From an uncultured Erysipelotrichaceae bacterium (lineage in GTDB: Bacteria; Bacillota_I; Bacilli_A; Erysipelotrichales; Erysipelotrichaceae): DNA of 32,000 nt. The notes under the pieces are model-generated. The model was not told the origin of the DNA. It did not search any database and saw nothing but the letters and a program-made list of their open reading frames with translations. Of this stretch, positions 1-7,867 are shown in pieces (position 1 is the stretch's first letter; the number at the start of each line of letters is the position of its first letter). The translations under genes were made by a program, and so were the position numbers. Where the stretch lies: NCBI GenBank assembly GCA_942493105.1, contig OW818668.1:1140001-1172000 (forward strand), written 5' to 3'.

Positions 1-716
1 CACTTTTTGGTGATCCAAAGTTTATTGATAATCCAATGGAAAGGGTACTGTCTAGTTCTTATGGAAGTGAAAAAGCTGCTTTAATCCATAAAGACAGTTC
101 TATTAAAGTAGACTTAGATCTTCTAAATAACAAATCTTTGAACACTTCATCGATGGTGGTTGTTGATCAATTTGGGAATGCATGTTCGTTTATTACCAGT
201 GTTAATGATGCTTTTGGAGCCTGTATTATAGACGAAGAAACTGGGATTATACTTAATAATCGAATTGGGGCTTGTTTTAATATGGTAGAAGGGCATCCCA
301 ATTGTATTGCTCCAAAAAAGAAAACGATGAATACCTTGAATGCTTTTCTAATCACAGATGATCAAGGTTTTTGCCGCTATGTTTCCAATACCCCGGGTGG
401 TGATCGTCAACCGCAATGGAATGCACAAACCACAGTTCATTTACTAGATCAAAAGTTGAACGTCATTGAAGCGCTTCATGAACCCTATTGGTTTGATGCA
501 CAAACAACCAATCCTTATCCCAATCAAATTGAAAATGTGCTAAATCTTGAGCCGGGTTATTCTGATCAAACGATTCAATCACTTAAAGATAAAGGGCATG
601 TCATAGAAATGATCGAACGCTGTAATTCAGCCCTTCAGTTGATTGAAATCACAAAGGATAATGTGTACTGTGGCGCAACGGATTGGAGATCAGAAGGCGT
701 TGTGATTGGTTTTTGA
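1..716 (+). CDS. ggt: gamma-glutamyltransferase family protein, C-terminal part (5' end lies upstream of the window)
   Basis: Frame +3 is open from the left edge (LFGDPKFIDNPMERVL...), so the ATG at 36 is internal. The blocks NTSSMVVVDQFGNACSFITSVNDAFGACIIDEETGIILNNR and NTPGGDRQPQW look like the Thr-nucleophile and small-subunit regions of GGT enzymes. A hairpin terminator follows. Confidence 0.8.
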   Translation, partial: LFGDPKFIDNPMERVLSSSYGSEKAALIHKDSSIKVDLDLLNNKSLNTSSMVVVDQFGNACSFITSVNDAFGACIIDEETGIILNNRIGACFNMVEGHPNCIAPKKKTMNTLNAFLITDDQGFCRYVSNTPGGDRQPQWNAQTTVHLLDQKLNVIEALHEPYWFDAQTTNPYPNQIENVLNLEPGYSDQTIQSLKDKGHVIEMIERCNSALQLIEITKDNVYCGATDWRSEGVVIGF

Positions 717-775
717 TGAGTTAAGTAAAAATACTTTGTTTGAGCTAGATGAGTATATTTCCCTTTCTATAAAAT

Positions 776-819
776 TAAAAACGACCTTATATTGTGATAA
801 CAAATGTTAGGTCGTTTTT
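776..819. terminator. bidirectional rho-independent terminator between convergent ggt and the MFS gene
   Basis: AAAAACGACCT (776-787) pairs with AGGTCGTTTTT (809-819). It is flanked by an A-run and a T-run, so it can work on both strands. The loop is rather long (about 21 nt). Confidence 0.6.
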
Positions 820-867
820 AATTTTAACAGTAATATTGGATAAAGTGAAAAGATTTGAGAACTTAAG

Positions 868-2091
868 TTATTCTAGTGAATACTTCACTGTATTGATATC
901 ATGCTTTGGTTCAGCAATTTTTCTACTGATGAACCATAAAAGAGATGCTGTAACGATGGAAGAAAATATACCTGGTGCCCACGTTCCAAGTGAAGCCATT
1001 AAGAACCCACCTAAGATTGGGGTAATGATTGAGGTCATACTTTCAAGAGAAGAACTTAAACCAAGTATTCCGCCTATTTCTTCTTTAGCAACGGATTTGG
1101 TTAAGGCACTACGCAAAACTGTATTTAAGATACCGCTTCCTGCTGCTATGGGAATTAAAACGATCATCAATAGAATCAAATTTGGAACCAATGCCCATAA
1201 TAGATAACTAATTACTAGAATGAAACTTGATGATTTCATGAGTTGATTTTCTGTGTACTTTTTGGTTAGTTTTCCTATAGCACCCACTTGAACCAAGACC
1301 ACCAATATTCCTACATAACCTAATACCAAACCTGTTTGAGAAGCATCCAAATTCAAACGTTTTTGGGCGTACAAAGCGAATATGGTTTGAAATACCCCAT
1401 GCGCAAATGAATAGTATACTCTTGAATGAAGTAAAGGTCCTGCGATGGGTTTACTAAGTGCTTCTTTTAAGATCTTTAGAGAGAATTTTGTTTTATCGCT
1501 ATGACGAAGTTTTGATCTCGTTTCTGCACTAAGTGATTCAGGAAGAATCAATGTAATCAGGATCAGATTAGTGAAGCTTAAGCCTGCCGCTAATAATGCG
1601 GGGACTTGATAACCCCATTGGCTTGTAAAACCACCAATCGCAGGACCAAAGATAAAACCCAAACCAAAGGCAGCACCAATCATCCCCAAACCTTTTGCTC
1701 GATTTTCTGGAGTTGTTACATCTGAGATATAAGACTGAGCAACTGTTATGTTTCCTCCTGTCAAGCCATCAAATAAACGTGTCGCAAATATCAAAACAAT
1801 CGAACCTGAAGGATTATATAGTAAAATTAAGCCCAGACTGATTAATGCAAGAAAGGTACCTGCAACACTTAACAGTAAGATTGGTTTTCTACCAAATCGA
1901 TCAGATAAACGACCCAGAATCGGTGTTCCAAATACTTGACCTATTGGATACGTTGCTAGAAGTAAGCCAACAAAGAATGAATTGAGACCATAATTAGCCG
2001 CAATATATGGCATTAAAGGTAAGATAAGACTAAAACTTAAGAGGTCTACAAATACAACTAGAAATACGGGAAATAAAACACTTTTTTTCAT
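868..2091 (-). CDS. MFS transporter (drug:H+ antiporter / TetA-Bcr-like)
   Basis: 407 aa and hydrophobic throughout, with about 12 TM segments. MFS motif A GRLSDRFGRKPILL sits after TM2. SD AGGAG lies just upstream of the ATG at 2091. Confidence 0.85.
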   Translation of the reverse strand: MKKSVLFPVFLVVFVDLLSFSLILPLMPYIAANYGLNSFFVGLLLATYPIGQVFGTPILGRLSDRFGRKPILLLSVAGTFLALISLGLILLYNPSGSIVLIFATRLFDGLTGGNITVAQSYISDVTTPENRAKGLGMIGAAFGLGFIFGPAIGGFTSQWGYQVPALLAAGLSFTNLILITLILPESLSAETRSKLRHSDKTKFSLKILKEALSKPIAGPLLHSRVYYSFAHGVFQTIFALYAQKRLNLDASQTGLVLGYVGILVVLVQVGAIGKLTKKYTENQLMKSSSFILVISYLLWALVPNLILLMIVLIPIAAGSGILNTVLRSALTKSVAKEEIGGILGLSSSLESMTSIITPILGGFLMASLGTWAPGIFSSIVTASLLWFISRKIAEPKHDINTVKYSLE

Positions 2092-2123
2092 GAAATTCTC
2101 CTAGATAGTTTAGTAACTTAATT

Positions 2124-2132
2124 ATTATCACA
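2124..2132 (-). promoter_or_regulatory. candidate extended -10 (TGTGATAAT) for the MFS gene
   Basis: The minus strand reads TGTGATAAT about 30 nt upstream of the ATG at 2091. There is no convincing -35, which an extended -10 can tolerate. Confidence 0.35.
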
Positions 2133-2462
2133 CACTCTGAACAAACACATTTATAATGACTGAAATTTGGTGAAAACATTAACCCTAAAAGAATCTCATG
2201 GGGTTTGCTTACTCGAGTTTGCTAATCCCCGGAAAATATAAGCAATAAGTATTTCCATCATAAATAATTTGTATCTCTAATTTTTTGTGTGATCAATTCA
2301 ACTATCAATTTTAAGCTAAAATCTAGATGAGATGAGAATGCATATGAGTTATCCCGTGTATAATATGTTTGACAGTTATATCTAGATTAGAATGATGCTT
2401 TAGGAGATTAAAAATCAGAATTTATATCAAGATATAAGTTGATGATAAAAAAGGAGAATAAA

Positions 2463-3548
2463 ATGAGCTCGCTTCTAAGGATTAGTAATGATCAAACGAA
2501 CACTTTAGCTGAGAAAGCATTTAAAATGCAATTCGATCTTGACCAAGAAATGGCAAACACTTATTCAGAACGTCAAAGAAGATTGATGTATGAAGACATT
2601 CTTTATAACTTGAGCTATTTGGAAATTGCTGTAAAATTTGATGATGAAAAAATATTCATCGAATACACAAGATGGTTATATAAACTTCTGTGCAATTTAT
2701 CAAAAAATAGCACTGATCCTCGTGAACAAACACATCGTCGACTCAAAGAGCATTATCAAATCCTTGAAAAAATATCAGAGGATATTGAACCTTTAGAATT
2801 ATCACAAAGAAGAACACATATGATAACTAAAGGAATAGAAGCACTGGATCAAGAGCTAAATCAAGAACAAGATTTACTGTATCAAAACAGTGATCAATAT
2901 CAAGAAATAAGAAAAGAATATCTTAATTATCTGATTAAGAGTGACACTCGTGCAGCCATCAATTTAGTCAGAACTTTATCGAAATCAGACATATCGATTG
3001 ATGATATCTTTCAAAAAATACTTCAGGAAGTCATGATTGAAGTAGGTGATTTGTGGCATAGAAATGAAATATCAGTGGATAAAGAACATTATTGTACTTC
3101 AACCACACAAACAGCTCTTTCACAATTTTATTCTGTTATTTTTGAGCAACCAAGAAATGGATGTAAAATTCTGACTTGTTGTGTTGGAAGTGAACTTCAC
3201 GAAATGGGCATCAGAATGCTATCGGATCTATTTGAATATCATGGTTGGGATAGTATTTACCTTGGGGCTGCTGTTCCTAAAGATGCCATATTAAAATCGA
3301 TCAGTGAAAATAATCCAGATTTTATTGGACTATCTGTAACCATGCCCCAACACCTTGAATTATGTCAAGATATCGTTTTAGGTATCAAAGAAAAATTCCC
3401 ACATCTCAAAATCGCTGTTGGTGGTCAGGCTTTTAGTTCTACCCATGAGTTGTGGAAAAAATGGGGTGTTGATATTTCTACTCAAAATGCCTCTCAACTT
3501 ATCGAATGGGCTGAAAAGAACATCGTCCTTAATAAGGGAAGACAATGA
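2463..3548 (+). CDS. stand-alone cobalamin (B12)-binding protein, CarH-type sensor module without a DNA-binding domain
   Basis: The preferred start is ATG 2463, with SD AGGAG at 2452-2456 and a 6-nt spacer; the track start at 2439 is a TTG. Residue numbers follow the 369-aa track ORF. W206-x9-E216-H217 lies in VGDLWHRNEISVDKEHY (nt 3054-3089). E252-L-H254-E-M-G257 (nt 3192-3209) is followed by x41 to S299-V-T and x26 to G328-G329. This is the helical B12-binding_2 cap plus the Rossmann B12-binding domain. The N-terminal 155 aa or so is helical and I do not recognise it. Confidence 0.8.
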   Translation: MSSLLRISNDQTNTLAEKAFKMQFDLDQEMANTYSERQRRLMYEDILYNLSYLEIAVKFDDEKIFIEYTRWLYKLLCNLSKNSTDPREQTHRRLKEHYQILEKISEDIEPLELSQRRTHMITKGIEALDQELNQEQDLLYQNSDQYQEIRKEYLNYLIKSDTRAAINLVRTLSKSDISIDDIFQKILQEVMIEVGDLWHRNEISVDKEHYCTSTTQTALSQFYSVIFEQPRNGCKILTCCVGSELHEMGIRMLSDLFEYHGWDSIYLGAAVPKDAILKSISENNPDFIGLSVTMPQHLELCQDIVLGIKEKFPHLKIAVGGQAFSSTHELWKKWGVDISTQNASQLIEWAEKNIVLNKGRQ

Positions 3549-4585
3549 AAACATTTTTAGTTTTGGTAAATCTTGAGGGAACCATTATTGAAATCATGTG
3601 GTGTGATCCCGTTTCATTAATTGATAAAAAAATAGGTAATATCAGAGAAATTTTTGAAAGACAAGTTCATGAGTCAGTCATGAGAAGTATATTTGAATGT
3701 TCAAACGATTCAAAGCTGTTGGTTCACCTTGAACATCAGCCTTTATATGTGTCTCAAATTTCGCTGGACCTATATGGAATCAAGTCAAATAATGGGGTTT
3801 ACATTTTTGCACTTCAAGATGACTTTTGTCATGATTCTATTGAAAAAGAGCAGTTACATAGGCTTATATCTCACTTTATGTTTTTACAACAGACAGTCGA
3901 TCATAAACTCGGCTTTCATAATCCAGAATCATCTCGATTTCAGTTTGAAGAAATACAACTGCTCAATAATGAATTGGTTAACACCAAACGTAAGCTCGAG
4001 AAATCAAATGCTCAACTCAATGTATTAAACAAAGAGCTCAACAATCGCTTAGTCAAAGATCCACTTACGGGACTAGTCAGTCGATATCAATATCGATCAG
4101 AGATTGAATATCAAATCAGTCAACATCAAGATAAACTTGGAGTATTCATGTTTATAGACATGGATGATTTTAAAAAGATCAATGACACCTATGGCCATCA
4201 AATTGGGGATGATTATTTAATCGAATTTGCGAATCGATTAAAAAATATGCCTCTTCCCAATTCTGTAAAGCTCAGAATCGCTGGAGATGAGTTTGGGGTC
4301 TTTATCTATGGATTGAATTCGGTAGAAAACTCTGACTTGGAATCATATTGGGAGCTTATAAAACACTATATCATCGATCAACCGTTAGTGATTGATCATA
4401 ACTCCTTAGTATTCTCATTGAGTTGTGGTATGGCTATCTATGGTCAAGATACTGATGAAATTTATGAGATCATAGAGTATGCTGATTTTGCGATGTATCA
4501 TGCTAAAAAAACAGGAAAAAATAGATATGCGAAATTTGACTTGAAAGAATACGAAAACCTAAAGTCGAAGAAATCAAATAAGTGA
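3545..4585 (+). CDS. diguanylate cyclase-type protein (PAS-like N-domain, coiled coil, GGDEF domain with AGDEF motif)
   Basis: The ATG overlaps the upstream stop (ATGA at 3545-3548). GGDEF-domain blocks are DPLTGLVSRYQY, FIDMDDFKKINDTYGHQIGDDYL, RIAGDEFGVFI and YADFAMYHAKKTGKNRY. The heptad-like segment EEIQLLNNELVNTKRKLEKSNAQLNVLNKELNN precedes the domain. Confidence 0.9.
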   Translation: MKTFLVLVNLEGTIIEIMWCDPVSLIDKKIGNIREIFERQVHESVMRSIFECSNDSKLLVHLEHQPLYVSQISLDLYGIKSNNGVYIFALQDDFCHDSIEKEQLHRLISHFMFLQQTVDHKLGFHNPESSRFQFEEIQLLNNELVNTKRKLEKSNAQLNVLNKELNNRLVKDPLTGLVSRYQYRSEIEYQISQHQDKLGVFMFIDMDDFKKINDTYGHQIGDDYLIEFANRLKNMPLPNSVKLRIAGDEFGVFIYGLNSVENSDLESYWELIKHYIIDQPLVIDHNSLVFSLSCGMAIYGQDTDEIYEIIEYADFAMYHAKKTGKNRYAKFDLKEYENLKSKKSNK

Positions 4586-4680
4586 TTTTCGATTTAGGTT
4601 GAGCATATCAATTATTAGTGGGTGATGTTTGGTAAATGTAATGGATTGTCGGATTTATCTTGAGAGAAAAATGATTATCT

Positions 4681-4724
4681 AAACGATGAATTCTGTGTTT
4701 AACCAAGTTCATCGTTTTTATTTA
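4681..4724 (+). terminator. rho-independent terminator after the B12/GGDEF pair
   Basis: AAACGATGAA (4681-4690) pairs with TTCATCGTTT (4708-4717), followed by a T-rich tail. Confidence 0.6.
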
Positions 4725-4799
4725 TTAAGCGTATAATTAAAATAGACAGACAATAATGATCATAATGGTTTGGGAACTTGTCTGTGAAAGAGGCGCGAC

Positions 4800-6275
4800 A
4801 TGGGATTCTTTAAACTCAACATTGAGAAGATGGCTAAGAATAAAGATATCAAAGGCTTAGCCAAAGCATTAATGGACAGAAGAGATTTAGATACTCGTAA
4901 TGAAGCAGCACAGGCATTAGAAGTGATGAAAGATATAGGAAAAATTGCAGACAGTCAATTTGTGGAAATGTTGATTAAAGTAAGATGCGATTCTTTGCGA
5001 CTCTTACCAAAGGTGGATCCAAAACTTCAATCAAAATTAAAAAATTCTGATACGAATGCTAGTTTCGTTGCCAATAAATTATTGCACCATTGTGGAGATG
5101 CAGCCATAGAACCACTGGTTAACGCAATTACAGGCAATCTAGAAAACTTGGACTATAAACAAAAAATGGAGATCAGAATCTTAGCAGGATATATAATTCA
5201 TAACAAAGAAGATAAACTACCCCCTACGATGATTGAACGACTCTTATCATCACTGAACTCTCCAGATGAAACAGTCGTAAGAAGTTCAGCTTTTGCTTTA
5301 GCTAGAGTCAAAAAAGAGCATGTAACAGATGCATTGATAGGGTTGTTGCATAATCCAGCGACTTTACATTTCGGCGAAGTTGCATGGGCACTTCAAGAAA
5401 CTCAAGATCCGCGTGCCATTGATCCATTGATCAGTGCTATTCAACATGGAGCGACTGCACGTGAATTCTCAAGAGCTTTGGCTTCCTTTGGAGATCCTAA
5501 AGTTGTAGAACCTTTACTGAATATTTTGAAATCTTACATTATGAGAGATGACAATATTGATCAACCATCTGCCACCATACATGCTTTATCTCAATTGAAA
5601 GATAAACGGGTTATTGAACCCTTTATTGCATTTCTTTCACATCAATCTAATTATGAAAAAGGTAGCGAATCTACGCGTTCTTCTTTGGCAGGAGCATTAG
5701 GTGATGTTGGTGATGAGCGTGTTGTGTTGGTCTTGGTTAGAACACTGAATACGGACCCAAGTGATACTGTTCGGTACTACGCTGCTAAGGCACTTGGTGA
5801 CCTAGCTGAACGTGGTCAACTTGATTCTATGATAGAAATCGCTCGCACAGCCCTACAAGCCTCTTCTGGTGTTGGATCTGAAAGTGTTAGGATAGTGTCA
5901 CTACAATCATTAACCAAATTCCCGAAAAAAGTGGAAATCAAACCAACTGGCGTTGAGGTCACAAACACGATAAATCAATCTGCCCAATTAGAGGAACAAT
6001 TATCCGATATCATCAATGATTATGAAGAGTTTGCGATGATTGAAGAAATCGCAAAACTATTGGTTGATCTTAATCGAAAATCCAACCAACAATACAACGT
6101 TGATCAAAGGGCGTATGATAGTACACTTAAATCCATTAAACACATTGGCACAAGACTGCATCAAGAGGGCAAAGAGCAACTGATGATTAAAGTGCTTACT
6201 CAAGCTGGTCAATATGGATGTAATGTCAGATTTATCGAAAGAGAATGGAATGGAATTGGTTCTTGGAGAGGATAA
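4800..6275 (+). CDS. HEAT / PBS-lyase-like repeat protein with an unassigned C-terminal domain
   Basis: 491 aa, with SD AAGAGG 7 nt upstream. Repeat units recur: DPRAIDPLISAI, GDPKVVEPLLNIL, KDKRVIEPFIAFL, GDERVVLVLVRTL, VRYYAAKALGDL. The last 130 aa or so (..RFIEREWNGIGSWRG) are not repeat-like and I do not recognise them. Confidence 0.75.
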   Translation: MGFFKLNIEKMAKNKDIKGLAKALMDRRDLDTRNEAAQALEVMKDIGKIADSQFVEMLIKVRCDSLRLLPKVDPKLQSKLKNSDTNASFVANKLLHHCGDAAIEPLVNAITGNLENLDYKQKMEIRILAGYIIHNKEDKLPPTMIERLLSSLNSPDETVVRSSAFALARVKKEHVTDALIGLLHNPATLHFGEVAWALQETQDPRAIDPLISAIQHGATAREFSRALASFGDPKVVEPLLNILKSYIMRDDNIDQPSATIHALSQLKDKRVIEPFIAFLSHQSNYEKGSESTRSSLAGALGDVGDERVVLVLVRTLNTDPSDTVRYYAAKALGDLAERGQLDSMIEIARTALQASSGVGSESVRIVSLQSLTKFPKKVEIKPTGVEVTNTINQSAQLEEQLSDIINDYEEFAMIEEIAKLLVDLNRKSNQQYNVDQRAYDSTLKSIKHIGTRLHQEGKEQLMIKVLTQAGQYGCNVRFIEREWNGIGSWRG

Positions 6276-6351
6276 ACTTTTGTTGTATTAATCCAATGGT
6301 GTAATGGTTGATTGGATAGATAACATAAAATCACCCAGTAAGGAGTTCACA

Positions 6352-7110
6352 ATGTATGAATTTCTAAAAAGAATTAACGCGACAGGATCAAACCAAAATG
6401 AAGCTTTAGATCTATTGAAACAACAAGTCCCAAAAGACCATGTACTTGTGGTTTGGTATTCAACAACAGGTAAAGGTTTTGGGTCAATAAAAGAGAAAGA
6501 TAAAACAGAAGAATTGGCTTTTCAATTGGCTGAAAGCAAATTGCCTAAAAATGCCAGGGATATTGTTAAAACAGTCATACAAAAAGGAACTCAACGTAGC
6601 ATAGAAATCAGATCATGGTTGTCGTTAGGTGATGTGCTTAAAGAAGCTGTTTTGAAGATTCATACCAATGAATTCATCAAAGACGGAAAGTTGATCGAAG
6701 CACCAAAATCAGGTTTATTTGGAGTAGGTGCTAAACAAGGTCTATATCAAGTTGATATCGCATCCTATGTTTCAGTATCGATCACTTATAATTCACCAAT
6801 TGAACTTGTTGGTTATTATGGAGAAACATCTGCAAATCAACTTATCAAGTCGATGATGGCTTGGTATCGAAGAGAAGCTGGACTAAAAGGTTACATGTTT
6901 AGGACTGATTTGATTTGTGATGACTGTAATCAGCCAGTTAAGCAGAACATTTATTTGCGACCCGGACGAATAAGTTGTGAGAACTGTACTCAAAGGTTAC
7001 TGGGGACAGCGGATTGGGAAAGTGCACTCAAGGATATGAATGCTTATTTTGGACCTAGTGTACCCCAAGACATTATTGATCTAGTCAATGAATTGAATCT
7101 GAGCCATTAA
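6352..7110 (+). CDS. hypothetical protein with a C-terminal CxxC...CxxC zinc-ribbon
   Basis: The preferred start is ATG 6352 (MYEFLKRINATG), with SD AAGGAG at 6340-6345. The track start at 6304 has no SD. The C-terminus has CDDCNQPV-x12-CENCTQRL. I recognise no family. Confidence 0.7.
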   Translation: MYEFLKRINATGSNQNEALDLLKQQVPKDHVLVVWYSTTGKGFGSIKEKDKTEELAFQLAESKLPKNARDIVKTVIQKGTQRSIEIRSWLSLGDVLKEAVLKIHTNEFIKDGKLIEAPKSGLFGVGAKQGLYQVDIASYVSVSITYNSPIELVGYYGETSANQLIKSMMAWYRREAGLKGYMFRTDLICDDCNQPVKQNIYLRPGRISCENCTQRLLGTADWESALKDMNAYFGPSVPQDIIDLVNELNLSH

Positions 7111-7162
7111 TCGTCGCAATCTATAATAATTTTCGAAAATTGATTTAAGAATTCTCAATTAG

Positions 7163-7185
7163 ACCCTAAACCTAGGGTTTTTAAA
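7163..7185 (+). terminator. short hairpin terminator after the Zn-ribbon gene
   Basis: ACCCTA-aacc-TAGGGT followed by TTTTT. The stem is only 6 bp. Confidence 0.45.
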
Positions 7186-7190
7186 TATAA

Positions 7191-7241
7191 TGACAAGTTT
7201 ACTTGACATAATCAGATGCTTGTTGTAAAGTTAACTTGTCA
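7191..7241 (+). promoter_or_regulatory. sigmaA-type promoter bracketed by operator-like inverted repeats (probable autoregulation by the XRE protein)
   Basis: -35 TTGACA (7203-7208), a 17-nt spacer, then -10 TAAAGT (7226-7231). TGACAAGTT (7191-7199) is the perfect reverse complement of AACTTGTCA (7233-7241). A third half-site, ACTTGACA (7201-7208), overlaps the -35. Confidence 0.5.
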
Positions 7242-7253
7242 AATGGAGGTTAA

Positions 7254-7457
7254 ATGAAAAACAATCTTGAGAAGTTGCGAAGACAATTAGGAATAAGTCA
7301 GGAAGAATTAGCTAATACATTGATGGTTTCCAGACAAACCATCAGTTCGCTTGAAAAGGGTCAATATAATCCATCGATTCTTTTAGCGTTTAAAATTTCA
7401 AAGTTCTTTAGTCAGTCGATTGAAGAAATATTCATCTATGAGGAGGATGAGAAATGA
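7254..7457 (+). CDS. XRE/Cro-CI family helix-turn-helix transcriptional regulator (67 aa)
   Basis: The HTH_XRE signature LRRQLGISQEELANTLMVSRQTISSLEKGQYNPS is present. SD GGAGG lies upstream, and the stop overlaps the next ATG (ATGA at 7454-7457). Confidence 0.9.
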   Translation: MKNNLEKLRRQLGISQEELANTLMVSRQTISSLEKGQYNPSILLAFKISKFFSQSIEEIFIYEEDEK

Positions 7458-7867
7458 ACACCATCAACATTAGGAAATATCGCTTATATTTGTTTTTAGG
7501 TATTATGCTAACTCTATGCGGTTTGATAGTAATCCAATTGACAAGTCCCAATCAAGGTTATGAAGGTTTCATTATAGGATTTGGATCTTCAATAAGTGCA
7601 GTGTTTCTTATACGCTTGCGCAAAAATATTAAACATCCCGAAGAAGTTAGGCAAGACTTAATTGAAGCTGAAGATGAACGAAATAGGATGGTCAATGGAG
7701 TCGCAGGCTATGTGAATGTAAAAACCACTTCAATCATCCTGAGTATTCAAAGTGTAATTTTCTACTTTATGAAACTCCCGATTCCGTTAGTTATATCATT
7801 ACTTGCGTTGGTTATTCATTACACGAGTTTTACTTTATTAAGAAATTACTACGACAGAAGGATGTAA
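7454..7867 (+). CDS. small integral membrane protein, co-transcribed partner of the XRE regulator (DUF2178-like arrangement)
   Basis: 137 aa with 4 hydrophobic segments, translationally coupled to the XRE gene. The family assignment comes only from the common XRE-plus-membrane-protein gene pairing. Confidence 0.6.
   Translation: MNTINIRKYRLYLFLGIMLTLCGLIVIQLTSPNQGYEGFIIGFGSSISAVFLIRLRKNIKHPEEVRQDLIEAEDERNRMVNGVAGYVNVKTTSIILSIQSVIFYFMKLPIPLVISLLALVIHYTSFTLLRNYYDRRM

Noticed and set aside
794-1207. Track ORFs lying antisense to, or out of frame within, larger well-supported genes. Examples: 167-355(-), 794-1207(+), 1748-1939(+), 3693-4028(+), 8784-9086(-), 10344-10544(-), 10798-11034(+), 11098-11283(+), 15614-16149 (several), 16585-16767(-), 16810-17463(-), 20672-21063(-), 21220-21420(-), 25008-25193(-), 29048-29480(+), 30206-30418(+), 31550-31786(+).
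   Set aside because: Each is fully embedded in a longer ORF that has clear family motifs and an SD. They lack SD sites, have odd composition (Pro/Arg/Lys-rich or low complexity), and show no motifs. These are typical shadow ORFs.
2092-2438. Possible cobalamin riboswitch or other structured leader in the 347-bp region upstream of the B12-binding protein gene. It includes short competing GGGG/CCCC pairings and a GTTTGCT direct repeat around 2181-2231.
   Set aside because: I found no B12-box-like consensus (GCCACTG-type core) and no multi-helix GC-rich architecture. The pairings are 4-5 bp only, with no T-run. A covariance-model scan (Rfam RF00174) would be the decisive test.
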